Source of the DNA: Thermoplasmatota archaeon
GTDB lineage: Archaea; Thermoplasmatota; Poseidoniia; Poseidoniales; Thalassarchaeaceae
Length of the DNA stretch: 26,415 bases
Assembly: GCA_036228805.1 (NCBI GenBank)
Contig: JAZANC010000005.1
Span: forward strand, 1 to 26,415
Reading direction: 5' to 3'
Of this stretch, positions 16,939-25,600 are shown piece after piece. The position numbers and the translations under genes are program-made. The number at the start of each line of letters is the position of its first letter. Position 1 is the first letter of the stretch. The notes beneath the pieces were generated by a model. That model saw only the letters and a list, made by a program, of their open reading frames with translations, was not told the DNA's origin and ran no database searches.

Positions 16939-18075
16939 TCACCTGTCTGTCTCTCCAATACAGGGATCGAATGACCCCATAATTGCGGGGATGTCTGCAA
17001 CCTTGTATCCAATCATACACTTCGATGCGTAAGGTATTGTGATAAACATGGGAGAACGTATGGAAACCCGGTAGGGGTTCTTGCCCCGGCCGTCTCCACC
17101 TCCCACGATATGGAACATTGACTCTCCCCTACTATCTTCGAAATGATGAGAGCCGAATGTTCCCTCTGGCGCTCTTGATGGCGCCTTGGCGAGAATAGCA
17201 GGATCGCCTGGTTCATGATGGGTTTCAGAGCCCCCGGGGATTCTATCAAGTGCCTCGAGGACCATATTTGCTGATTCTACCATCTCGGTTACTCGCACTC
17301 GATATCGATCATAGCAATCAGCTCCCTTGACCGAGGACCTCTCGACAGCGGGAGCCCAATCCAACTCAGAGTATACCGAATACGGATGGGCCCAGCGAAC
17401 GTCGTAGTCAACACCTGCAGCTCGAACATTTGGCCCGGTTACTCCGTGGTTCACCATCTCTTCGGCTTTCGTGTATCCAACACCCTGAGTTCGCACGAGG
17501 AAGACTGTACTCTCATCGAATAGCGACTCATACTCCTGGATTCTCTGTTTGAAGAGGTCTAGCTTGGCTCTGGCGCGCTGAGCGAAGCCATAGGGAAGAT
17601 CTCGCTTCACACCTCCGATTCTTGGGAAGTTGTAATGCATCCTTGATCCGCCCAACTCCTGTAAGAGATCCATCATCATCTCCCGTTCTCTAAGACACCA
17701 AACCATGATCGATAGATTTCCGATATCTGGTCCATAAGCACCAAGCCACATGAGATGGCTAGCGATTCTCTGAAGTTCGACTGCGATTAGCCGGATGTAT
17801 TCCGCTCTCTCGGGAACTTCCACCTCAAGCAGATCTTCAGCAGCATAAATGTAGGCATGGGACCAAGTATTCGCACTCGCATAGCAGAGTCGGTCGCAAT
17901 ATGTGGTGATTTGAGTGAAGTCACGGGACTCGCATATCTTCTCCACGCCGCGATGGATATACCCAAGATCAGGTTCCGTATCAACTACGGTTTCACCGTC
18001 CACCTTGACCTTCAAAGTCCAAAGTCCGTGAGTCATGGGGTGTTGGGGGCCCATTGAAATCCACATTTCTGCCAT
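16939..18075 (-). CDS. nuoD: Complex I-like subunit D
   Basis: MGPQHPMTHG, GYIHRGVEK, DRLCY, ELQRIASHL and the C-terminal GSFDPCIGETDR; AGGAGG upstream. Confidence 0.96.
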   Translation of the reverse strand: MAEMWISMGPQHPMTHGLWTLKVKVDGETVVDTEPDLGYIHRGVEKICESRDFTQITTYCDRLCYASANTWSHAYIYAAEDLLEVEVPERAEYIRLIAVELQRIASHLMWLGAYGPDIGNLSIMVWCLREREMMMDLLQELGGSRMHYNFPRIGGVKRDLPYGFAQRARAKLDLFKQRIQEYESLFDESTVFLVRTQGVGYTKAEEMVNHGVTGPNVRAAGVDYDVRWAHPYSVYSELDWAPAVERSSVKGADCYDRYRVRVTEMVESANMVLEALDRIPGGSETHHEPGDPAILAKAPSRAPEGTFGSHHFEDSRGESMFHIVGGGDGRGKNPYRVSIRSPMFITIPYASKCMIGYKVADIPAIMGSFDPCIGETDR

Positions 18076-18087
18076 AGATATGCCTCC

Positions 18088-18750
18088 TCACTTGACCCGT
18101 CCTGAATCGGGAGACTTGCGCAAGAATCCCTGAGCGTCGTCATACATTTCCTCGAATCCGTGGTATCGAAGTTTGTGTTGCCTCTGGAGAGGATGATAGC
18201 CTGGCGGTGTTTCGTGTGGGTTTAGCACTCTTCGCATCCTCTGATGGCCATCGAAATCGATTCCAACGAGATCCCAAGTCTCCTTCTCATTCCAATCAGC
18301 TCCAATCCATATGTCTTGAATCGAGGGTACGGAGGGCGTGCGTGTCTCGGTTATCGCTATGTTAACCTGAATTTCTATGGGAACTTCCGTACCACTCAAC
18401 TTCTTTGGTTCTGTTATATTTGGAATAATTGAGGATCCGTCTTCTGTGATGAGTGGGTCCGTTACCCCGGTTCTTAGGAAGTGATAGATAACTTCCCAAT
18501 TCTTCTCTGAAGAATCAGGCCAATGTACGCCTGTTATCATAGAGCAATGATCGACTGCATGATCGTATTTCATAGTCTCAGCGACCTTTCTCCAAGATGC
18601 TGGTTCGCATTGAAGATGGGCAATATTCCGCGTCTGGGTCCCATTTGTTCTGGAGATCACTTCTCCAGTTACGCCTTCTATTGATGTGAGGGAATTTACG
18701 AGTTGCGAAGCGGCTTCGTTCTGGTCTTCAGCACTGACTCTCTTACCCAT
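18088..18750 (-). CDS. nuoC: Complex I-like subunit C
   Basis: WEVIYHF, PSVPSIQDIWIGADWNEKETWDLVGIDFDGH and HPLQR; located between nuoB and nuoD. Confidence 0.92.
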   Translation of the reverse strand: MGKRVSAEDQNEAASQLVNSLTSIEGVTGEVISRTNGTQTRNIAHLQCEPASWRKVAETMKYDHAVDHCSMITGVHWPDSSEKNWEVIYHFLRTGVTDPLITEDGSSIIPNITEPKKLSGTEVPIEIQVNIAITETRTPSVPSIQDIWIGADWNEKETWDLVGIDFDGHQRMRRVLNPHETPPGYHPLQRQHKLRYHGFEEMYDDAQGFLRKSPDSGRVK

Positions 18751-18754
18751 TTAA

Positions 18755-18763
18755 TCACCTCCT
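18755..18763 (-). promoter_or_regulatory. Shine-Dalgarno site of nuoC (AGGAGGTGA)
   Basis: 9-nt anti-SD match ending 4 nt before ATG 18750. Confidence 0.8.
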
Positions 18764-19360
18764 TCAATCATCACCGAGAATAAGGGGAGCCTCGATTTCA
18801 GGACGTCCCTCGCTTGGGATCGCTCCAATACGAATTATTTTCTGTCGAAGTTTGGCAAACCCGTCAATAAGTGCTTCAGGCCTTGGGGGGCAGCCTGGGA
18901 TGTATACGTCGACTGGAATTACTGTATCAACACCCTCGAGAATGTTGTAAGATTGGAAGTATGGGCCACCTGAAATAGCACATTCCCCCATAGCTATGCA
19001 CCACTTGGGTTCAGGCATCTGCTCCCAAAGTCGGACGAGTGGGTCTGCGAATTTCTTGCTGACTGGCCCGTTGACCAATAGTACGTCACACTGTCGTGGG
19101 CTTGAACGGAAGAAGACGCCGAAACGCTCGGCGTCGAATCGACTTGCTCCAGCAGCGGCCATCTCGAGGGCGCAGCATTTTATTCCAAGATGGAGGGGGA
19201 AGAGGGACTTTCTCTGTCCCCAATTGAAAAGTCGTCCTGCTAGGACTCCTATGACGTCCTTGATTCTTGATGCTTTTAGGGCCTCATCAGTTACATGGCC
19301 CACGGTATCCACCAGTATCCTGCTGTTGAAAACTGAGAAATTCTGATCTTCGTCTGCCAT
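18764..19360 (-). CDS. nuoB: Complex I-like subunit B (cluster N2)
   Basis: GIKCCALEM (tandem Cys), SPRQCDVL, QMPEPKWCIAMGECAISGG and VDVYIPGCPPRPEAL. Confidence 0.97.
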   Translation of the reverse strand: MADEDQNFSVFNSRILVDTVGHVTDEALKASRIKDVIGVLAGRLFNWGQRKSLFPLHLGIKCCALEMAAAGASRFDAERFGVFFRSSPRQCDVLLVNGPVSKKFADPLVRLWEQMPEPKWCIAMGECAISGGPYFQSYNILEGVDTVIPVDVYIPGCPPRPEALIDGFAKLRQKIIRIGAIPSEGRPEIEAPLILGDD

Positions 19361-19371
19361 TCATTGCCACC

Positions 19372-19818
19372 TCAGATGTATATCCTGCCCCTCTTCCGGA
19401 AGACATGCCAGACCCCGAGACTCATGAGTAAGACGAAGACGGACATGGTGACTAGGGCGGCAACCACATCCGACTGGGAAAGATTCGAATCGATGACAAT
19501 GATGCCTCCGAACGCAAGGAACATGAATGCGATATCGAATACCAGGAAGATAATAGCGTACCAGTAATATTGGAAATGGAAGTTTATGTGTGCCTCGCCC
19601 AACGGCTCTGCTCCACATTCATATGTCGATGCAGCTCGAGGGTAAAGTGAGTGATCTCGCTCATATCCCGGCAACAATATTGATCTTACTTTGGACCGAT
19701 TATTCGGATCTTCTGTGGGTCTGAGGAAGTATGAAGCGACGAACGCACCGACTGGAAATCCGATGCCTACAAGCGTCATTATGCCGAACGCAAGATAGGC
19801 CTCCGTAACGGTATCCAT
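19372..19818 (-). CDS. nuoA: Complex I-like subunit A
   Basis: STYECGAEP and QYYWYAIIFLVFDI; three hydrophobic segments. Start moved from 19884 to the ATG at 19818 (MDTVTEAY), preceded by GGTGGTG. Confidence 0.92.
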   Translation of the reverse strand: MDTVTEAYLAFGIMTLVGIGFPVGAFVASYFLRPTEDPNNRSKVRSILLPGYERDHSLYPRAASTYECGAEPLGEAHINFHFQYYWYAIIFLVFDIAFMFLAFGGIIVIDSNLSQSDVVAALVTMSVFVLLMSLGVWHVFRKRGRIYI

Positions 19819-19902
19819 TTGCACCACCACAGACCCTCGGGGGGTCAACGAGTCATCCCACCTGAAAATGCTCCATAAACCCATCCAATCAGATTGGGCC
19901 CA

Positions 19903-22578
19903 TCATGCCCTACGATCTTCGCCAAGAGCTTCTAGAATACGCTCGCTCTCACGCCTTGAGCGGAGCGCGAGAACAGCCACGGTCGCCACACCTATTGCTA
20001 TGAGTCCGATGACGATTATCTGCTCGACGTCCTCCGAGAGGGCTAGGAAGCCGGCTGGGAGCTCCGTAGCCGTAATCAGATCTAATGGCTGCCCTGCTGC
20101 AGGTAGTCCCTTGGGCTGCACCACAATTGTAAATCTGTACTCATCGTCAGATATCAGATCAGCTGGCGGGAGTGTGCTCACCTCAACCTCCATCGTCTGA
20201 CCGGGCTCCAATTCAAAATCATCAGGTACGATATCAACGGACCAACCGCGTAGAGATTCGGTTGGGATGATGACCACGTCCTCGACAATATTGCCATTAT
20301 TGGTTACGAAAAAGGAATATTCGCCCTTATCGGGATACGCTGTTGTCTGCTTAGTTGGTTCTTCCATAGTCAGTCTAAGGTCATGAATGGTTCTGATTTC
20401 AACTGCTATGTCGATTGAAGATATTTCATTGGGATTCAGGGCGGAGTACGCACTAACCTTCATCAGCCCATTTAGCCCGTTAGCAGAGCCCTGCACTACT
20501 TCCATTCGGATATCGACTTGTATCCTATCTCCTGGTTGAACTGGAATTGGGGCAGTTATGGTGTTCCCCTGTATGCTTATCGTCCTAATAACAAGAGCCT
20601 CGAGACCGGAGATATCGATTACAAGATCGTCACCAGCGGGATAGTCCCCGGTATTGTCCACGAAGAAGGAAAGTGTGGTTTCACCACCAGGCGGCAGTGT
20701 TACGTCAAGTTGTCCGGGTGTCAGGCCGGGATTTACGGGAGATATCTCAAATGTGTAGTTATAATTCGAGACTGTCACTGTCACCGTCTCTTCTGCATCG
20801 GCATCTGCTCCGAAAACAGCAGCTCTGGCTAAAATTTTGGCTGAGTCTGCATTTTCCTCACCTTCAACATTGACATCGAGGAACAGGCTTCGAGATTGGC
20901 CCGGGCTGAGCTGTACCTGGCTGAGTCCGTTTCCATTCGAATCAGAATAGGATGCAGCCCATTGAGGAGAATTACATCCGGTCTGATCTCCCGGGTTACA
21001 AACTTGGAGTTTGATCGTATCTTCCACATTCCCTTCATTGGTAACAATGAATGGAAATCTTACAATTTGGTCTGTACGGCCATTCTGCGCGGTTGATACG
21101 AAGTCAATCGTGACCTCATGTCTTTGATTTACATTCACATTCAGGGCAACTGTGTCGAGGGTTCCTGAGCCGCCGCCGCCTGTAACCTTGAAGACCACTT
21201 GAGTTGATCCTGCTAATGCATCATCTGGAACTGAGATGACTGCGGTTGATGAGCCTTGATTTTGAGAAGTTTGAGCTGCGTTGAGGCTGTGAGACGGTGG
21301 TGAGAACGAGATGCTCCATCCAGATGGTAGCGGTTCTGTTGCAAGCGTGAAGGTATCAGCGCCATTTCCAGTATTCTCGAGGTATATCGTCACCTGCGGC
21401 TGACTGCCAGGTTCTACATTAGATACAGACCCGGTATTGATGGAAATATCTCCGGAATGTATCTGTCCAACCTTTATCGTAACTGTAGCTTCACAGCCAA
21501 CTGAAGAGCCTGCCTTCGCCATTATTCTGATATCAACACTTGATCCAGACTCTACAGATGAGTCTGGGGTGATATCAAATCCGAATGTGAAACTGTCCCC
21601 ATTGTTGTTTGGCTCAGCGAGAAGTTTACTTGTGGGGGAATCAAAAGAAACCCAACCGGATATGTCTTCACCGCCCACGCTTTGTGCTTGGACCGCAGCA
21701 GTCCAGGCGGTATTTCCCGTATTTATGACTTCGATGTTGTTCGGGGAGCTTGTCTGACCGGGTTGCAAATTTGCAAATGACCAATCAAGTTCTTCGACAC
21801 ATGTTCTGATTTGAGGCACTACTCCTGTCAGCGTGAGGTTGTCCTCAGCCCCATTGGTTGGGTCATTAGTGACCGTGGCTCTCAATATGAAACAGTGCTC
21901 GCCGGCATCAGTCTCACTCTCATCATCCAGGGTGATTTGGAAATCCACGTCTTCATTGTCGCCTGAATTCAGATTGACCGTGGCTGGGTCGACCGAAGCG
22001 GAAACACTGTCATCATCAGAATCGCACCCACTATCGTTCTCGACCGTAAGTTGTACGTTTGCCTGCTGATCTCCATTATTCTCAACATTGACGATCCAAT
22101 CGATTGAGTCTCCTTCTAAGTCGTAATCTTTCTTCAGAGCACCGGTTGTCAATACGACGGAATACAGACCCCCGTCCTCAGCGGTAGTAGTGACAGTTAG
22201 TGAATCGGATTGCGGTGGGGGCGTCGGTCCAGTTGCTTGGATCGTCAACGTCGTCTCGCAATCCCCTGATGCTGTGTCATCTACTTGAACCTCAAGATCT
22301 ACAAGTTCGTCGCTGTTAGAATTGACGCTGCCCGTGGGGGAGTCGACGCTCGAGGTGAAGCCATTGCACCCGGCCCCCTGTTGGGTCGTGAGTGTGTATG
22401 TCATATCGTCATCTCCGTTGTTCCTTATTGTGATCTCATAAACCGCTGGATCACTTGTCGTTGCAGGCTTATCCGAATCAGGGGTTGAGAGTTGTGGATC
22501 TACATCCGCGGATACGGTCGGGGCGATGGCCGCGATGAGCATGAGCGCCGCGACTACGGTGACGGAACGGAGCCTCAT
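19903..22578 (-). CDS. Cell-surface protein with seven Ig-like (COG1470/NEW3-like) repeats, signal peptide and C-terminal membrane anchor
   Basis: N-terminal MRLRSVTVVAALMLIAAIAPTVSA; seven repeats with a core (I/V/L)xNxG (IRNNG, VENNG, VINTG, LENTG, VTNEG, VDNTG, VTNNG); hydrophobic IIVIGLIAIGVATVAVLAL followed by RSRR. An in-frame GTG at 22584 is an alternative start. Confidence 0.85.
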   Translation of the reverse strand: MRLRSVTVVAALMLIAAIAPTVSADVDPQLSTPDSDKPATTSDPAVYEITIRNNGDDDMTYTLTTQQGAGCNGFTSSVDSPTGSVNSNSDELVDLEVQVDDTASGDCETTLTIQATGPTPPPQSDSLTVTTTAEDGGLYSVVLTTGALKKDYDLEGDSIDWIVNVENNGDQQANVQLTVENDSGCDSDDDSVSASVDPATVNLNSGDNEDVDFQITLDDESETDAGEHCFILRATVTNDPTNGAEDNLTLTGVVPQIRTCVEELDWSFANLQPGQTSSPNNIEVINTGNTAWTAAVQAQSVGGEDISGWVSFDSPTSKLLAEPNNNGDSFTFGFDITPDSSVESGSSVDIRIMAKAGSSVGCEATVTIKVGQIHSGDISINTGSVSNVEPGSQPQVTIYLENTGNGADTFTLATEPLPSGWSISFSPPSHSLNAAQTSQNQGSSTAVISVPDDALAGSTQVVFKVTGGGGSGTLDTVALNVNVNQRHEVTIDFVSTAQNGRTDQIVRFPFIVTNEGNVEDTIKLQVCNPGDQTGCNSPQWAASYSDSNGNGLSQVQLSPGQSRSLFLDVNVEGEENADSAKILARAAVFGADADAEETVTVTVSNYNYTFEISPVNPGLTPGQLDVTLPPGGETTLSFFVDNTGDYPAGDDLVIDISGLEALVIRTISIQGNTITAPIPVQPGDRIQVDIRMEVVQGSANGLNGLMKVSAYSALNPNEISSIDIAVEIRTIHDLRLTMEEPTKQTTAYPDKGEYSFFVTNNGNIVEDVVIIPTESLRGWSVDIVPDDFELEPGQTMEVEVSTLPPADLISDDEYRFTIVVQPKGLPAAGQPLDLITATELPAGFLALSEDVEQIIVIGLIAIGVATVAVLALRSRRESERILEALGEDRRA

Positions 22579-22670
22579 AGACACTAATTGCCGGTCCTAA
22601 CCTCTCTAAGGGCTTCGGCCTTCAGTGCGGTTCAAATACCAAATTACGCGTTAATCGATATATCCCGGAG

Positions 22671-25600
22671 TCATCTCTTGGATAAATCGATTATTGCCTT
22701 CGATTGAGGTGCGGACCAACCTGTGGATTGTAATTGCATTGAAACGGACTCCTCGGTTTGTCCGGTTTCTATAGCGGCCTTTGCCCAATCAATTGCAGCG
22801 GCTCTGTCTTCTATCTCATTTTTTGAAAACAAGCTGCCTTTACTCTCAGCTGCTGCTCGAAGTCGTATGGTTGTAAATACGCCAATTGCAACTACAATAA
22901 CGAGGCCGATGAGTATCAACGACAGGGGCAAGTCTCCCGATTCGGAAGCACGAACTTGGAGTGGTATCTCATATGATGAGCCTTCGATGGTTGAACCGCC
23001 CTGAAGATCGATGACAACTGGTCCTCTTGCCGTGCCGGCAGTGATCTCAATTTCTACCGATCTAGATTCTCCGGGGGAAAGGGACAGAATCGTATCTTGC
23101 ACTATCTCATAGGACCATCCTGACGGCGCATCTACCTGGATCTTGCTATTTATCGGCGAATTGCCAAGATTCTCCACATCTAGGGTTATCTGTGTGGTAT
23201 CTCCTGTGTTAATTATGGGCATATTGCCTTGAAATGACCATTGCATTTTGGATGTCCTCTTGACTAGAAGGGATACTGTATCAATTGCCACCAACCCGCC
23301 ATCTTCAAGTCTCAGAGTCAGTATGGCTTCTGATCCGCCCTGTTGTGTCTCTGGAATAGTTACAGAGCACCAGACTTTCGAAGATGTACCTGGCTTTACG
23401 GTGCCAATGGGTGAACAGGGGGTAGACCAATCATCTTCCTGTGCAGTTAGTTCAGCAACTGGAGACCATGCCCCCAGTCCTTGATTTGCTACGTCCCATG
23501 AAAGATCGAACGGAGTGCCAACTGGAAGAGCGCCCAGGCCGAGCGGGCTTGTTGATGTGGAGCCGTCTGCAGACACTATCGATGAGAAGGAAACAAGGGG
23601 CTTTGCACCCGAAGTTACGTCTATTGTTCGATTCCACAAGAAGGCGTTGCCATCCTGAGTTAGAAATCTGACTTTTACGAGTCCGCCGACTGCGAGTCCA
23701 TTACCTTCGAGGATTAGATTCCATATCGAAGTGGAGGATTTGTCGATTGCGATGGTTTGAGTTGAAGAGGCACTAGACCACCCCCCCGGAAGGGATATTA
23801 TCTGGGGCGTGAGCGAAATGTCTCGATTGCCCTCGTTCACGATTTGCACAGGGACCTCATGTCGTTCGTCTGGTCTAACCTGCTCATCTATGCCATCTGA
23901 GCCCGGTGTTAGCCTGATTTTATCTGTTGGGCTGACGATTAACGGTATGTCCTCTACCCATGAGTCGGTTGTTGTACGGGCAGAGATGGTTAGCTGGGCG
24001 CTCATCTGTGTTCCAGCGGTTACAACGACAGAAGGTGGTTTGAGGGTTATTTCAATCGAACGAGAATCCCCCTGTGTCAAAGTCCCGGTGGAACCGTGTG
24101 TTGAGTCCACAAACGTTCCGAGATTGTCAAGAGTCGCTCTCCATCCTGCAGGTGCCTCCAGGGCTAGGTCGTACGTCTGTGGCCCGTTTCCTTCGTTTGT
24201 CAACTGAAGGGAAGCGCTTGATGGTTCGAATGCGTCAACAGCCAGTGTGCCGCCGGGGACCCTGAGTTCCACGGCTGGGAATGAGGATACGGTCAATCTC
24301 AAGATGAGTTCGCTGGTAACGTCATTTACCTCGTCTATGCCTGTAATTATTACCCTGTATACGCCTGGTTGAGGGGGATTTGGGTGTGCTAAAGCGAATG
24401 ATATTTGCTTTTCCTCTGAAGCATTCAGGTCTACTTCGGTCTGGGAAAATGAACTGTACCACGGCACAGTGGCCCCATCTGACATCCTAACAACATTTGA
24501 AGCGGATATCGAGGCGTTAGTGGGGAATAATGCTGTATTGGTGAGGGTTATCTGTAATGTTGTGAAACCGCTTGGAACCGTCATTAGCGGATTGGGGTTG
24601 TCTGTTTCAACCCGAATACCTGGCTCACTGACTTCTATTGGTATCGTGAACAGATTGTTTTGTTCTGATGATTCTTCTACCTGGTCGTTGGGATCGATCT
24701 CAATGGAAATTTGACGCGTTCCCGATGCCACTGGGGTCCACTGCCATTCCAATGGTACAACTTCTCCTGGAGCCATGCTTATTGTTCTCACACCCAGGGG
24801 CTGTCCTGGAGAAGACGCAGAAATTGAAACGGAAGGAACTGATCCTGCGCCTAGATTCGCAACAGTTGCTCCAATGGTAACCGTCTCTCCCACCTGTGGA
24901 ATTGGGGTTGAAAGTGTGAAGCTGTCTGCATCAACTGCAGGATCAGGAGTCAGGTCGTTCACATTAACTCCCCTTAGTGCAATGGAATACGGCTGATACT
25001 GTCGTGCTCCTGCGTGATAGACGTCGCTTACCCGTACAGTCCAGACGCCGAGTCCTGCGGATTCAACCAAGACTGCCTCTACGTTATTTACGGAATCTGC
25101 CTGACCGCCGGTCACCGAACGGCCCTGTGAGAAGACATTCCCGAGATATGTGGATGTGCCTCCCGGGGAGATAACCTCGAGATCTAAATCGTTACGTAAT
25201 TGATCCGAAGAAGAGGTAGATCCGGGATAATCCGACCATGCGAGAACTACCTTTAACGGCTCACCGGCTCGGGTAACTTCGAAGGAATACTCATCGATTT
25301 CACCGCTTTTCAGCCTATGACGGTCATCGACAAATATTCCAACATCGGATTCAGGAACCAAGCTGTTGGACAGATCTATTCTTCCCCACCCCTCAACGTT
25401 ATTGGGAATGTTAGGCGTACCGACATCTTCTGCACCGAGGATGAGCATGGCTTTGATGAGCGATGCCTGCGGAGCGGGTCTCTGCGCGATTTCCATGAGG
25501 TATTCTCTGATCAAGATTGAGGCCCCGGCTGCTGCTGGAGTTGCCATTGATGTGCCACTGAATTCTTCATACCACTGACCGAGATCATTGGATCCGCCTG

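Noticed and set aside
16939-19360. nuoB/C/D as a group 4 [NiFe]-hydrogenase
   Set aside because: Only two of the four Ni-Fe Cys ligands remain; the tandem-Cys NuoB and the quinone-site His/Tyr indicate a complex I/Fpo type; no maturation genes in the window.
19832-19846. GACCC-N5-GGGTC hairpin just upstream of the nuoA ribosome-binding site
   Set aside because: The 5-bp stem does not cover the SD or the start codon; no support for a regulatory switch.
19885-19897. Palindrome CCAATC-A-GATTGG upstream of the nuo operon
   Set aside because: Single 6-bp-arm instance with no second copy noticed; could be a regulator site but is compatible with chance.
22606-22625. Hairpin with a cUUCGg loop on the plus strand (CTAAGGGC-TTCG-GCCTTCAG)
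   Set aside because: Short imperfect stem on the non-coding strand, overlapping the probable promoter of the Ig-repeat gene; not enough to call an ncRNA or terminator.
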